From: an uncultured Gemmatimonadales bacterium
GTDB taxonomy: Bacteria > Gemmatimonadota > Gemmatimonadetes > Gemmatimonadales > GWC2-71-9
NCBI GenBank assembly: GCA_963728915.1
Contig: CAVSLV010000003.1
Coordinates: forward strand, 96,001-160,000
Length of the DNA: 64,000 bases
Reading direction: 5' to 3'
The translations under genes were made by a program, and so were the position numbers. Of this stretch, positions 51,271 through 62,439 are shown in pieces. Positions within the stretch are counted from its first letter, which is position 1. Every line of letters begins with the position of its first letter. The notes beneath the pieces are model-generated. The model was not told the DNA's origin, did not search any database, and was given only the letters and a program-made list of their open reading frames with translations.

Positions 51271-54192
51271 ACGGCGACCTCGCCCCGGCCCAGCAGGAAA
51301 CCGACCCGGGGCAAGGATACCCCTGCCCGCCGACGGCAGTCCGCCCTGCTGGGCCTGAGTGCGGCGATCGCTTCCGCCCACGACGAAGGAGAGGTTTGTC
51401 GCGCGGTGGTCGACGGTCTCCGTGAAGACGCCCTCGGTTACAACTTCCTCGGGGTCTTCCTCCTGGATCGCGAACGCGGCGACCGGGTCCTCGCGGCTGC
51501 GACCGGCTGGGACGATGTCCCCTCCGACATGCGGGTCCCGGCCGGGCAGGGACTGAGCGCCCGACCGCTTCGCGACCGCCAGCTCCGCTACACCCCGGAT
51601 GTCGCCAGGGAGCCCGAGTATGTGCCCGGACTCTCCAGCGGATCCGAGGTCGACGTTCCCATCCTGGCCGGCGACGAGGTCATCGGCGTCCTGGTGGTCG
51701 AGAGTCGGGAGCCGAATGCGTTCGGCGCCGCCGATTTCGAGATTCTCACCGCGGCGGCCCAGCTCGCCGGGCTCGCGCTGGCGCGGGTTCGGCTTCTCGA
51801 TCAGCAGCAGCAGATCCTGGCCGCCGAGCGGCGCCGCGCCGACGAGCGGGAAGCGCTCCTGGCCACCATCGGAGATCTCTCCGCCGAGCTCGAGCTCTCC
51901 CGGCTGCTCGAGGCCGTGCTGGGACGGGCGGTCACGTTGCTCGGCGCGGTCGGGGGGGAGCTCGCGACCTACGATGAAGGCCGGGGTGAGCTGATGATCG
52001 CGGCCAACCACGGAATGAAGTCGGATTCGCGGGGAACCCGGCTCAAGGTGGGCGAGGGCGCCATGGGCTGGGTGGTGCGAACCGGGGAGCAGTTGATCAT
52101 CCCCGACTATCAGAGCTGGGCGGGACGCTCCAACCAGTACGCCAAGATCGACGCCCGGGCCGCGGTGGTCGCTCCGCTGCTCATCGGCGGCCGTCCAGTC
52201 GGAGCGATCAACGTCTGGCACGAGGACCCGGCCCGTTCGTTCACGCCTTCCGACCAGCGGCTGCTCAACCTGTTCGGGCAGCAGGCGGCGATCGCGCTCG
52301 AAAACGCCCATCTCTTCGCGGCGGCACAACGGGAGCGGCAATACTTCGAGGTCCTGGTCCGCAACAGCCCGGTGGCCATCGTGGTGCTCGACCTCGAACA
52401 CCGGGTCCTGTCGTGCAATCCCGGCTTTGAAACGCTGTATGGCTACGGCCAGGCTGAAGTGACCGGGAAGAATCTCGACGACCTCATCACCACCGAGGAA
52501 TCCCGCGCCGAGGCGGTCTCCTACACCCAGCAGGCTTCCAACCATCAGCTGGTCCAGGGCTTCGGACAGCGCAAGCGCAAAGACGGAAGCCTGGTGGACG
52601 TCGAAGTGCTGGCGGTTCCCGTGGTGATCAACGGAGAGCGGGTCGGGATGATGGGGCTGTATCACGATGTGACCGAGCTCCTGGCGGCGCGGAAGGCCTC
52701 GGAAGAAGCCAACACGGCCAAGAGCCGGTTTCTCGCCAACATGAGCCACGAGCTCCGGACCCCGCTCAACGCGATCATCGGCTACAGCGAGATGCTGGAG
52801 GAAGAGGCCACCGAGCAGGACCACGCGAGCTACGTCCCCGACCTCCAGAAGATCCGGGCCGCCGGGCGCCACCTGCTCGCCCTGATCAACGACGTGCTCG
52901 ACCTCTCCAAGATCGAAGCCGGCAAGATGGAGCTCCACCTGGAGACCTTCGAGCTGGTGCCGGCCATCGAGGCGGTGGCCAGCACGGTGGCGCCCCTGAT
53001 CGAGAAGAACGGCAACACCCTCCAGCTGGCGTTGGCGCCGGGCCTGGGGGCGATGCGGGGGGACCTGACCCGGGTGCGCCAGATCCTGTTCAACCTGTTG
53101 TCGAACGCGAGCAAGTTCACCGAGCGGGGGACCATCACGCTGCGGGCGGAGCCGGAGGGGGCGGGGCTGCGGTTCGAGGTGGCGGACACCGGGATCGGGA
53201 TGACCGAGGCGCAGCTGGGCCGGTTGTTCCAGGCCTTTTCCCAGGCGGAGGCGGCGACGGCGAGCAAGTACGGGGGGACCGGGTTAGGGCTCGCGATCAG
53301 CCGGATGTTCTGCGAGATGATGGGGGGCGAGATCACCGTGGCGAGCGTGCCGGGCCGGGGCACCACCTTCACGGTCCGGCTCCCCCGCGAAGTCCGGGAC
53401 CGGACCGAGCCCGCCCCCGAGGCCATGACGGCAATCCCGCGGGGCGGGACCGGCGGGACCATTCTGGTCATTGACGACGATCCGGCCGCGAGACAGCTGC
53501 TCGCCAGAATGCTCCAGAAGGAAGGGTTCCAGGTCCTTCTGGCGAGTGGAGGAGAGGAAGGTCTCGCGCTCGCCAGAAGCGAGCGGCCCGACGTCATCAC
53601 CCTCGACGTCCTGATGCCGGGGCTCGATGGCTGGGGAGTGCTCGCCGCGCTCAAGAGCGACCCCGAGCTCGCCGCCATCCCGGTCGTCATGGCGACCGTC
53701 ACCGACGATCGGCACCTGGGATTCTCGCTCGGCGCCGCCGAGTACCTCGCCAAACCGGTCGATCGGGCCCAGCTCCACCAGATTCTGGCGCGCTACCGGC
53801 GTGGCTCGGCCGGCGACGCGCCGAAGGTCCTGGTGGTGGAAGACGACGACGCGACCCGCGCCATGCTGCGGCGCGCGCTCGAGAAGGAAGGCTGGACCGT
53901 CTCCGAGGCGGTGAACGGCAAGGCCGGGCTGGAGCAGGTCGCCGCCGATCCCCCTGCGCTCATCCTGCTCGATCTCATGATGCCCGAGATGGACGGGTTC
54001 GAGTTCCTGGAGGGATTGCGCCGGAACGGGGGGCCCCGGCCGCCGGTCGTGGTGATCACGGCGAAGGAGCTGACCGAGCAGGATCGCCAGCGGCTGAACG
54101 GCGGAGTTCGTGACGTGGTTCGCAAGCGCCCCCAGGATTTCGAGGGCCTGCTCGCCGATGTGCGGTCCAGGATCGCCTCCCATGCCCACTGA
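51271..54192 (+). CDS. Hybrid histidine kinase 1: GAF-GAF-PAS-HisKA-HATPase-REC-REC (apparent ACG start)
   Basis: [36 protein letters not shown] and two receivers. The frame is open from 51247, and RRQSALLGLSAAIA aligns with the N-termini of the paralogs. Confidence 0.92.
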   Translation, partial: TATSPRPSRKPTRGKDTPARRRQSALLGLSAAIASAHDEGEVCRAVVDGLREDALGYNFLGVFLLDRERGDRVLAAATGWDDVPSDMRVPAGQGLSARPLRDRQLRYTPDVAREPEYVPGLSSGSEVDVPILAGDEVIGVLVVESREPNAFGAADFEILTAAAQLAGLALARVRLLDQQQQILAAERRRADEREALLATIGDLSAELELSRLLEAVLGRAVTLLGAVGGELATYDEGRGELMIAANHGMKSDSRGTRLKVGEGAMGWVVRTGEQLIIPDYQSWAGRSNQYAKIDARAAVVAPLLIGGRPVGAINVWHEDPARSFTPSDQRLLNLFGQQAAIALENAHLFAAAQRERQYFEVLVRNSPVAIVVLDLEHRVLSCNPGFETLYGYGQAEVTGKNLDDLITTEESRAEAVSYTQQASNHQLVQGFGQRKRKDGSLVDVEVLAVPVVINGERVGMMGLYHDVTELLAARKASEEANTAKSRFLANMSHELRTPLNAIIGYSEMLEEEATEQDHASYVPDLQKIRAAGRHLLALINDVLDLSKIEAGKMELHLETFELVPAIEAVASTVAPLIEKNGNTLQLALAPGLGAMRGDLTRVRQILFNLLSNASKFTERGTITLRAEPEGAGLRFEVADTGIGMTEAQLGRLFQAFSQAEAATASKYGGTGLGLAISRMFCEMMGGEITVASVPGRGTTFTVRLPREVRDRTEPAPEAMTAIPRGGTGGTILVIDDDPAARQLLARMLQKEGFQVLLASGGEEGLALARSERPDVITLDVLMPGLDGWGVLAALKSDPELAAIPVVMATVTDDRHLGFSLGAAEYLAKPVDRAQLHQILARYRRGSAGDAPKVLVVEDDDATRAMLRRALEKEGWTVSEAVNGKAGLEQVAADPPALILLDLMMPEMDGFEFLEGLRRNGGPRPPVVVITAKELTEQDRQRLNGGVRDVVRKRPQDFEGLLADVRSRIASHAH
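52740..53414 (+). repeat. ~675-bp direct repeat, copy 1 (kinase core)
   Basis: Matches 56098-56772 at offset 3358. The antisense ORF translations over the two copies are also the same. Confidence 0.9.
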
Positions 54193-57100
54193 TTCGACCG
54201 TCCACCGGCTCCGGGAGGCCGCCTTGCTCCGGCTCAGCACCGGAATCGCCACGGCGCAGACCGAGCCGGAGATCTGCAAGGCGGTCGCCGACGGCCTCCA
54301 GGACTCGAGCCTGCGATTCGATTTCGTCGCGGTGCTCCTGGTGGACGAGAAGAACGGAGACCGGGTGGTCGTGGCGAGCCGGGGCTGGGAAGGAGCCCCA
54401 CCCGGGCTGCGGGTCCCCAAGGGCACCGGGTTGAGCGAGCTGCCTCTGCTCGACGGTCGGCTGCACTATACCCCGCAGGTCACTCAGGACACCCGCTACC
54501 TCCCGACCCGGAACGAAGGGTCCGAGGTGGACATCCCGCTCCTGGTGAACCGGGAGCTGGTGGGCGTGCTGGTGGTGGAGAGCAACCGCCACCATGCCTT
54601 TGGAACCGAGGACTTCGAGGTCCTCCGGGCCGTCGCGAATCAGGCCGGCATCGCCATCGGAGGGGCCCGCCTGCTCGCCGCCGAGCGTCAGCGGGCCAAT
54701 GAGCAGGAGGCGCTTCGCGCCACCATCGCCGACCTCTCGGCCCGGCTCGAGCTGCCCGACCTGCTCCAGGCGGTCCTCGAACGCGCGGTGCAGCTGCTCC
54801 AGATCAGCCACGGCGAGCTGGCCATCTACGATCACGAACGGGACGAGCTCGAGATCGTGGCGAGCTACAACGTGGGGAAGAAGGACACCAGCGGCATCCG
54901 CCTGCGGCCCGGCGAGGGCGCGATGGGTCACGTCGCCCTGACCCGCGAGCCGCTGCTCATCCCCGACTACCAGGCCTGGTCCTCCCGCTCCGAGCAGTAC
55001 GCGCAGGTCGAGTTCCACGCCGTCATGGTGGCCCCTCTGATCATGGGCCGCCAGCTGGTGGGCGCGATCGCCTTCATGGACAAGGATCCTGATCGCCAGT
55101 TCGGAAGCGAAGACCTCCGGCTGCTCGATCTGTTTGCGCCTCAGGCCGCGGTCGCGATCGAGAATGCCAGGCTCTTCGGCATGGAACGGCGTCGCGCCGA
55201 GGAGCAGCAGGCCCTGCTCGATACCCTGAAGGACCTGGTCGGCCAGCTCGAGCTGGGCACCCTGCTGCAGCGGGTGCTGGAGCGGGCGGTCACCCTGCTC
55301 AATGTGACCGGGGGCGAGCTTGCGACCTTCGATGCCGGGACCGGCGATCTTCAGATCGTCGCGACCCACAACATGGGCACCAATGCGGTCGGAACCAGGA
55401 TCGCGCTGGGCGAAGGAGCGATGGGGCAGGTGGCCCAGACGCTCGAGCCGCTGGTGATCCCCCGGTATCAGGAGTGGGAAGGCCGCTCACCCCAATACAC
55501 CCAGCGCACCGTGCAATCGGTCATGGCGGCTCCGCTCCGGATCGGCGCCCGGCTGGTGGGGACGATCGCAACGGTCCATGCCGATCCCAATCGCGAGCCC
55601 GGGCCGGAGGACGTGCGGCTCCTCGAGCTGTTCGCGTCGGAGGCGGCCATCGCGATCGAGAATGCCCGGCTGTTCACCCAGACCCAGCATCAGACCCAGT
55701 ATTTCGGCGAGCTGGTCGCCAACAGCCCGGTCGCCATCGTGACGCTGGATACCCGGCACAATGTGGTTTCGTGCAACCCCGCATTCCTGACGCTCTACGG
55801 CTACACCGAGGCCGAAGTGATCGGCCAGCACCTCGACGATCTCATCACCACCCCCGAATCCCGCTCCCAGGCGGTGCAGTTCACCGAACAGGCCCTGGGG
55901 CATCGCCCGGTCCGCGCGATCGCGCAGAGACGCCGGAAGGATGGATCCCTGGTGGATGTCGAGGTGCTCGGCGTTCCCGTCGTGGTGAACGGAGCGCTGG
56001 TCGGGATGATGGGCCTCTATCACGACATCACCGAGCTGCTCGAGGCCCGCCGGTCGGCCGAGCAGGCCAACACGGCGAAGAGCCAGTTTCTCGCCAGCAT
56101 GAGCCACGAGCTCCGGACCCCGCTCAACGCGATCATCGGCTACAGCGAGATGCTGGAGGAAGAGGCCACCGAGCAGGACCACGCGAGCTACGTCCCCGAC
56201 CTCCAGAAGATCCGGGCCGCCGGGCGCCACCTGCTCGCCCTGATCAACGACGTGCTCGACCTCTCCAAGATCGAAGCCGGCAAGATGGAGCTCCACCTGG
56301 AGACCTTCGAGCTGGTGCCGGCCATCGAGGCGGTGGCCAGCACGGTGGCGCCCCTGATCGAGAAGAACGGCAACACCCTCCAGCTGGCGTTGGCGCCGGG
56401 CCTGGGGGCGATGCGGGGGGACCTGACCCGGGTGCGCCAGATCCTGTTCAACCTGTTGTCGAACGCGAGCAAGTTCACCGAGCGGGGGACCATCACGCTG
56501 CGGGCGGAGCCGGAGGGGGCGGGGCTGCGGTTCGAGGTGGCGGACACCGGGATCGGGATGACCGAGGCGCAGCTGGGCCGGTTGTTCCAGGCCTTTTCCC
56601 AGGCGGAGGCGGCGACGGCGAGCAAGTACGGGGGGACCGGGTTAGGGCTCGCGATCAGCCGGATGTTCTGCGAGATGATGGGGGGCGAGATCACCGTGGC
56701 GAGCGTGCCGGGCCGGGGCACCACCTTCACGGTCCGGCTCCCCCGCGAAGTCCGGGACCGGACCGAGCCCGCTCCCGAGGCCATCCCGACGGTCACCCCG
56801 GGCGACAGCACCGGCATGGTCCTGGTGATCGACGACGATCCGGTGGCCCGGGACCTGACCCGCCGGATCCTGGCCCGGGAAGGGTACCAGGTGGTCGAGG
56901 CCAGCGACGGGGAAAGCGGCCTTCGAGTGGCGCGCGAGTTGAGACCCCGCCTCATCACGCTCGACATCCTCATGCCGGGAATGGACGGCTGGGAGGTGCT
57001 CGAGGCCCTGAAGGACGACCAGGAGCTGGCCGCCACGCCCGTCATCCTGCAAACCGTGCTGGAGAACCGGAATCTCGGCTTCTCGCTCGGCGCCGCCGAG

Positions 57101-57253
57101 TACCTGACCAAGCCGGTGGACCGGCAGCAGCTCATCGCTCTCGCGCGTCGCTACGTCAAGGGCGACGCCGAGGCCCCCGACGGCGTGTTCGAGGACGACC
57201 CCGCCACCCACGACGGCCTGCTCGCCGAGGTCAAACGGCTGGTGCCCCGATGA
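54182..57253 (+). CDS. Hybrid histidine kinase 2: GAF-GAF-GAF-PAS-HisKA-HATPase-REC
   Basis: Three GAF units ending [44 protein letters not shown], one complete receiver. Confidence 0.93.
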   Translation: MPTDSTVHRLREAALLRLSTGIATAQTEPEICKAVADGLQDSSLRFDFVAVLLVDEKNGDRVVVASRGWEGAPPGLRVPKGTGLSELPLLDGRLHYTPQVTQDTRYLPTRNEGSEVDIPLLVNRELVGVLVVESNRHHAFGTEDFEVLRAVANQAGIAIGGARLLAAERQRANEQEALRATIADLSARLELPDLLQAVLERAVQLLQISHGELAIYDHERDELEIVASYNVGKKDTSGIRLRPGEGAMGHVALTREPLLIPDYQAWSSRSEQYAQVEFHAVMVAPLIMGRQLVGAIAFMDKDPDRQFGSEDLRLLDLFAPQAAVAIENARLFGMERRRAEEQQALLDTLKDLVGQLELGTLLQRVLERAVTLLNVTGGELATFDAGTGDLQIVATHNMGTNAVGTRIALGEGAMGQVAQTLEPLVIPRYQEWEGRSPQYTQRTVQSVMAAPLRIGARLVGTIATVHADPNREPGPEDVRLLELFASEAAIAIENARLFTQTQHQTQYFGELVANSPVAIVTLDTRHNVVSCNPAFLTLYGYTEAEVIGQHLDDLITTPESRSQAVQFTEQALGHRPVRAIAQRRRKDGSLVDVEVLGVPVVVNGALVGMMGLYHDITELLEARRSAEQANTAKSQFLASMSHELRTPLNAIIGYSEMLEEEATEQDHASYVPDLQKIRAAGRHLLALINDVLDLSKIEAGKMELHLETFELVPAIEAVASTVAPLIEKNGNTLQLALAPGLGAMRGDLTRVRQILFNLLSNASKFTERGTITLRAEPEGAGLRFEVADTGIGMTEAQLGRLFQAFSQAEAATASKYGGTGLGLAISRMFCEMMGGEITVASVPGRGTTFTVRLPREVRDRTEPAPEAIPTVTPGDSTGMVLVIDDDPVARDLTRRILAREGYQVVEASDGESGLRVARELRPRLITLDILMPGMDGWEVLEALKDDQELAATPVILQTVLENRNLGFSLGAAEYLTKPVDRQQLIALARRYVKGDAEAPDGVFEDDPATHDGLLAEVKRLVPR
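56098..56772 (+). repeat. ~675-bp direct repeat, copy 2 (kinase core)
   Basis: Matches 52740-53414. Confidence 0.9.
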
Positions 57254-60147
57254 AGCGCAAGCCGGCGCCGGCCGGCGCGAAGGTCTCCCTCGCGAAGCGT
57301 CGGGAGGCCGCCCTGCTGCGCCTCTCGGCGGAAATCGCCGCGGCGCCGAGCGAGGCAGAGGTGTGTCACGCCGTCGTGAACGGGCTGCGGGATCCCGCCA
57401 TCGGCTACGTCTTCCTCGGGCTGTTCACCGTGGACGAGACGAGCGGGGACCGGGTGCTCCGCGCCAGCGTCGGCTGGCCCGATGTCCCCGCCGATTGGCG
57501 GGTCCACCCGGGACAGGGCCTGAGCGCGCGGCCGCTTCAGGACGGCAGACTCCACTACACTCCCGACGTAACCCGCGAGGCCGGCTATCTCCCGAGTCTC
57601 AACAGCGGCTCTGAGGTGGACGTCCCGCTCCAGATGGGCAGCCGGGTGTTCGGGGTCCTGGTGGTCGAAAGCACCCGCAAGAACGCCTTCCATCAGGACG
57701 ACTTCGAGATCCTGACCGCCGCCGCCACCCAGGCCAGCATCGCGATCGGGCGGGCCCGGCTCCTGGCGGCGCAGCAGCGGCGCGCCGACGAGCAGCAGGC
57801 GGTGCTCGAGACCCTCGCCGATCTCTCCGGCGAGCTCGAGCTGGGCAAGCTGCTTCAGGCGGTGCTCCGCCGGGCCACCACCCTCCTCGGGGTGAGCGGC
57901 GGCGAGCTCGCGATCTTCGACGAGACCCGGGAGGAGCTCGAAGTGGTCGCGAGTCAGCAGATCGGGGTCGATTCGACCGGGACCCGCCTGAAGCTCGGCG
58001 AAGGCGCCATGGGCCACGTGGCGGTGACCAAGGAGCCCATCTGCATCGACGAATACCACGAGTGGACCGGGCAGTCGACCAAGTACGCCTCGGTCGAGGT
58101 CCATTCGGTCATGGCGGCCCCGCTCCTGATCGGACACCGGCTGGTCGGCGTGTTTGCCCTCACCCATCACGATCCCGCCCGCCGGTTCGGCAGCGACGAC
58201 ATCGGGCTCCTCAACCTGTTCGCGCCGCAGGCGGCGGTCGCGATCGAGAACGCCCGGCTCTACACCGCCGCGCAGCGGGAACGGCAGTACTTCGAGGAGC
58301 TGGTGCTCAACAGCCCGGTCGCGGTGGTGACCCTCGATACCCAGCACAACATCGTGTCGTGCAACCCGGCCTTCGAGACCCTCTACGGCTATCGCCAGGC
58401 GGAGGTCATCGGGCGGAACCTCGACGATCTCATTTCCACCGACACCAGCCGGTCCGAAGCGGTGGCCATTACCCAGCACGTGCTCGCGGAGGGCGCGATG
58501 CGCAGCATCGGACGAAGACGGCGTCGCGACGGCACGCTGGTCGACGTCGAAGTGCTTGGCGTGCCGGTCCGGGTCGAGGGCCGCCTGGTCGGGCTCATGG
58601 GCCTCTATCACGACATCTCGGAGCTCACCCAGGCCCGCCAGGCCGCGGAAGAAGCCAACAATGCCAAGAGCCAGTTCCTCGCCAGCATGAGCCACGAGCT
58701 GCGTACCCCGCTCAACGCGATCATCGGCTACAGCGAGATGCTGGAGGAGGAAGTGGTCGAGCTGGAGCATCCCGAGCTGGCGCCCGATCTCCAGAAGATC
58801 CGGAGCGCCGGCAAGCATCTCCTCGCCCTGATCAACGACATCCTGGATCTCTCCAAGATCGAGGCCGGCAAGATCGAGCTGGACCTGGAGGATTTCGAGG
58901 TCGCCGACATGATTCGCGACGTCGCGACCACGATCCAGCCGCTGGTGGCCAAGAACGCCAACCACCTGGTGGTGGAAGCGGATGGGCTCGGCGCCATGCA
59001 CGGGGACCAGACCAAGATTCGCCAGATGCTGCTCAACCTGCTCTCCAACGCCTGCAAGTTCACCGACAAGGGCAGGGTGACGCTCCAGGCCACCCGGCTC
59101 CCCGGCGCGGGCCGCGGCCCGGACCGGCTGCGGTTCCGGGTGTCCGATTCGGGCATCGGGATGACCCCGGCCCAGTTAACCCGCATCTTCGAGGCCTTCG
59201 CCCAGGCGGAAGCCTCCACCAGCCGGCGCTATGGCGGGACCGGACTCGGGCTCGCCATCACCAAGCGATTCGCCGAGCTCATGGGAGGCGATGTCACCGT
59301 CGAGAGCGAGCCCGGCAAAGGGTCCCACTTCACCGTCACCATACCGGCCCGGAGTCCGGAGCCCGGGACGACCGTCGCCGAGATCCCCGGCGCCATCGCG
59401 GGCACCGTGCTGATCATCGACGACAACGCCGAAGCCCGCGACATGGTCGCGCGGTTCCTGCGCCAGGAGGGCTTCGCGATCCTCGAGGCCTCCAGCGGCG
59501 AAAAAGGTCTCGAGCTGGCGCGGACCCACCGCCCCGACGCGATTACCCTCGATGTGATGATGCCGGGAATGGACGGCTGGGCCGTCCTCACCGCGCTCAA
59601 GGCCGATCCGGCGCTGGCGAGGATCCCCGTCATCATGCTCACCGTCCTGGAGAATCGGAGTCTCGGATTTTCGCTCGGCGCGTCGGAGTATCTGACCAAG
59701 CCGCTCGACCGGAGCCGGCTCCGGAGTGTCCTGGAGCGGTACCGGACCGACGGCCGGCGCGATGTGCTGGTGGTGGAGGATGACGGGCCGACCCGCGATC
59801 TCCTCCGCCGGATCGTGGAGGCGGAGGGCTGGTCCGCCGCCACCGCCGAGAACGGCCAGGTGGCCCTCGAGATGGTCCGGCGCCAGCCGCCTTCCATCAT
59901 TCTGCTCGATCTCATGATGCCGGTGATGGATGGCTGCCAGTTCGCCGCCGAGCTGCGCCGCCACGACGCCTGGCGGAGCATCCCGGTGATCGTACTGACT
60001 TCCAAGGACTTGAGCGCTGAAGACCGCCGCATGCTGAACGGAGATGTCCAGACCGTCCTGCAAAAGGGCGCCTTGAACCGGGACGAGCTGCTCCGCGAGA
60101 TTCATGACCTCATGCGCGCCGGGCGAGCCGCGCCAGCCGGAGAGTGA
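57250..60147 (+). CDS. Hybrid histidine kinase 3: GAF-GAF-PAS-HisKA-HATPase-REC-REC
   Basis: True start is MKRKPAPAG at an ATGA overlap (57250). Same architecture as kinase 1. Confidence 0.93.
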   Translation: MKRKPAPAGAKVSLAKRREAALLRLSAEIAAAPSEAEVCHAVVNGLRDPAIGYVFLGLFTVDETSGDRVLRASVGWPDVPADWRVHPGQGLSARPLQDGRLHYTPDVTREAGYLPSLNSGSEVDVPLQMGSRVFGVLVVESTRKNAFHQDDFEILTAAATQASIAIGRARLLAAQQRRADEQQAVLETLADLSGELELGKLLQAVLRRATTLLGVSGGELAIFDETREELEVVASQQIGVDSTGTRLKLGEGAMGHVAVTKEPICIDEYHEWTGQSTKYASVEVHSVMAAPLLIGHRLVGVFALTHHDPARRFGSDDIGLLNLFAPQAAVAIENARLYTAAQRERQYFEELVLNSPVAVVTLDTQHNIVSCNPAFETLYGYRQAEVIGRNLDDLISTDTSRSEAVAITQHVLAEGAMRSIGRRRRRDGTLVDVEVLGVPVRVEGRLVGLMGLYHDISELTQARQAAEEANNAKSQFLASMSHELRTPLNAIIGYSEMLEEEVVELEHPELAPDLQKIRSAGKHLLALINDILDLSKIEAGKIELDLEDFEVADMIRDVATTIQPLVAKNANHLVVEADGLGAMHGDQTKIRQMLLNLLSNACKFTDKGRVTLQATRLPGAGRGPDRLRFRVSDSGIGMTPAQLTRIFEAFAQAEASTSRRYGGTGLGLAITKRFAELMGGDVTVESEPGKGSHFTVTIPARSPEPGTTVAEIPGAIAGTVLIIDDNAEARDMVARFLRQEGFAILEASSGEKGLELARTHRPDAITLDVMMPGMDGWAVLTALKADPALARIPVIMLTVLENRSLGFSLGASEYLTKPLDRSRLRSVLERYRTDGRRDVLVVEDDGPTRDLLRRIVEAEGWSAATAENGQVALEMVRRQPPSIILLDLMMPVMDGCQFAAELRRHDAWRSIPVIVLTSKDLSAEDRRMLNGDVQTVLQKGALNRDELLREIHDLMRAGRAAPAGE

Positions 60148-60149
60148 CC

Positions 60150-60515
60150 ATGCCGAAGATCCTGCTGGTGGAAGACAACGAGATGAACCGCGACATGCTG
60201 TCCCGGCGCCTCCAGCGCAAGGGATTCACAGTCGAAATGGCGGTGGACGGGAAGCAGGGTGTCGAGATGGCTCTGAACGGCGCCTACGACCTCATCCTGA
60301 TGGACATGAGCCTGCCGGAAATCGACGGTTGGGAGGCCACCCGCCGGGTGCGCGAAGCCCCCCAGACCAGATCCATTCCCATCATCGCGCTCACCGCCCA
60401 CGCGATGTCCGGCGACCGGGAGAAGGCCATGGCCGCCGGCTGCAACGACTACGACACCAAGCCGGTCGAGCTGGAGCGCTTGCTGGCCAAGATCGCCGCG
60501 CTGCTTCCCGCATGA
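60150..60515 (+). CDS. Single-domain response regulator (DivK-like)
   Basis: KILLVEDNEMNRDML, LILMDMSLP, IIALTAHAMSGDREKA, YDTKP. Confidence 0.93.
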   Translation: MPKILLVEDNEMNRDMLSRRLQRKGFTVEMAVDGKQGVEMALNGAYDLILMDMSLPEIDGWEATRRVREAPQTRSIPIIALTAHAMSGDREKAMAAGCNDYDTKPVELERLLAKIAALLPA

Positions 60516-62434
60516 ACGGCCTGGAAACTGCCGAAGCGGTTGCGGAGCTCCGTCACGAGCTCCGCACCCCCCTGAACCTGATCATCGGCTACTGCGAAAT
60601 GCTGCTGGAAGACGCCACCGAGCCCCCGGTTCGCGAAGGGCTCGAGCAGGCGTTGACCGCCGGGCGGGATCTTCTGGAATGCATCAATGCGGCGGTTCCC
60701 CCCTCCCGCTGCGAAATCAGCGGGGCCGAGATCACCGCCCTGTACGACTCCTTGCGGGAGCCCCAGGGACGCATTCTGGCGGCCACCTCCGCGCTGCTTG
60801 CGGTGGGGGACGCTTCGGACGACCAGCAGTTCGAGCGCGACGTGCGACGGATTCGAAGCTCCGCGGAACGGCTGCTGACCATCGAAGTCTCGGGAACCGC
60901 CGGCATTGCGAAAGCGGTCCTCACCGCGGAGCACCCCACCCGCGAGATGGCCGCCCGCCCCGGCCCCGCGATCACCGCGCACCTCCTGGTGGTGGACGAC
61001 GTCGAGGACAACCGGGCCGTCCTGGAGCGGCGGCTCCGGCGCCAGGGCCATACGGTGGAAGCGGTGAGCGGCGGGCATGCCGCGCTCGATCGCCTCGCGA
61101 AGGAGAAATTCGATCTGGTGCTCCTCGACGTCCTCATGCCCGATCTCGATGGCCTGGCGGTGCTGGAGCGGATGAAGGCCGATCCGGCCCTGCGCGACAT
61201 CCCCGTGATCATGATTTCCGCCCTCGACGACGTCGCGAGCGTGGTGCGTTGCATCGAACGGGGCGCCGAGGACCATCTCACCAAGCCGTTCGACCCGGTG
61301 CTGCTGCACGCCCGCATTGGCGCCTGCCTGGAGAAGAAACGGCTGCGCGACTCCGAGCTCGAATACCTGGAACAGGTGGGCCGGGTCATCCAGGCGGCGA
61401 CCGCGGTCGAGGCCGGCACCTATGAATCGGGCGCGCTGGGAAACATCGCTCAGCGTGGCGACGAGCTGGGCCGGCTGGCCCGGGTGTTCGATGGGATGGC
61501 GGCACAGGTGCGCGCCCGGGAAACCCGGCTCCGCGAGCAGGTCGACGCCCTCCGCCTCGAGATCGAGGAAGCCAAGCACAAGACCCGCGCCACTACCCCG
61601 CGTGAAATGCCCAATCTCCCCTCGGGTGAGCTCTTCGCGGGCCGCTACGAGATCCTGGAGGAGGTCGGCAGTGGCGGGATGGGCGTGGTGTATCGCGCCA
61701 TCGATCGGGACCTGGGAGACCAGGTGGCCGTCAAGACGCTCCGGCCCGAGCTGCTCCGCGATCCCGCCCAGATCGAGCGGTTCAAGGGCGAAATCCGGCT
61801 GACTCGCCATATCACCGACAAGCACGTGGTCCGGACCCACGACTTCGGGGAGCGGGACGGCATCTGCTATCTCACGATGGAATACGTCGAGGGCATCACT
61901 GTCCGGGAGCTGCTCGACACCCGCGGCAAGCTCGGAGTCGCTCCCACCCTCGCGATCGCGACCCAGCTCGCCCAGTCCCTGGTGGCCGCGCATGGACAGG
62001 GCGTGATCCATCGCGACATCAAGCCGCAGAACCTCCTGCTCGACAAGGAGGGTGGTCTCAAGGTGATGGATTTCGGGATCGCCCGGCTGTCCGGCCCCTC
62101 GAACGGGCTCACCGAGGTGGGCATGACGATCGGCACGCCGGACTACATGTCGCCCGAGCAGATGCTCGGCGAGGCGATCACCGACCGAAGCGACCTGTAT
62201 TCCGTGGGAGTGGTGTTGTTCGAATGCATGACCGGGCGATTGCCCTTCGTGGCAAACTCCGCGGTCGCCCTGATCGCGAAATCGCTCCGCGAGCCCCCTC
62301 CCGATCCAGCCTCGCTGAATCCGGAGATCTCTGCGCCGGCGTCCGCGCTGGTCTTGCGACTACTCGCCAAAACACCCGAAGAACGACCCGCCGGCGCTTC
62401 CGAGCTCGAACGTTTGCTGTCCGAGCTGGCCTGA
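60512..62434 (+). CDS. HisKA-like - REC - HAMP-like - Ser/Thr kinase fusion protein
   Basis: [18 protein letters not shown] with no HATPase. Then LLVVDD...LLDVLMP...TKPF, RGDELGRLARVFDGMA, GSGGMGVV, VAVKTL, HRDIKPQN, DFG, GTPDYMSPEQ. Confidence 0.9.
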   Translation: MNGLETAEAVAELRHELRTPLNLIIGYCEMLLEDATEPPVREGLEQALTAGRDLLECINAAVPPSRCEISGAEITALYDSLREPQGRILAATSALLAVGDASDDQQFERDVRRIRSSAERLLTIEVSGTAGIAKAVLTAEHPTREMAARPGPAITAHLLVVDDVEDNRAVLERRLRRQGHTVEAVSGGHAALDRLAKEKFDLVLLDVLMPDLDGLAVLERMKADPALRDIPVIMISALDDVASVVRCIERGAEDHLTKPFDPVLLHARIGACLEKKRLRDSELEYLEQVGRVIQAATAVEAGTYESGALGNIAQRGDELGRLARVFDGMAAQVRARETRLREQVDALRLEIEEAKHKTRATTPREMPNLPSGELFAGRYEILEEVGSGGMGVVYRAIDRDLGDQVAVKTLRPELLRDPAQIERFKGEIRLTRHITDKHVVRTHDFGERDGICYLTMEYVEGITVRELLDTRGKLGVAPTLAIATQLAQSLVAAHGQGVIHRDIKPQNLLLDKEGGLKVMDFGIARLSGPSNGLTEVGMTIGTPDYMSPEQMLGEAITDRSDLYSVGVVLFECMTGRLPFVANSAVALIAKSLREPPPDPASLNPEISAPASALVLRLLAKTPEERPAGASELERLLSELA

Positions 62435-62439
62435 CCGGT

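Noticed and set aside
55474..57249. N-terminal ~590 aa of the 1557-aa ORF, suggesting a giant kinase
   Set aside because: It is an Arg/Pro/Gly-rich off-frame read of kinase 2. The real gene starts at the ATGA overlap at 57250.
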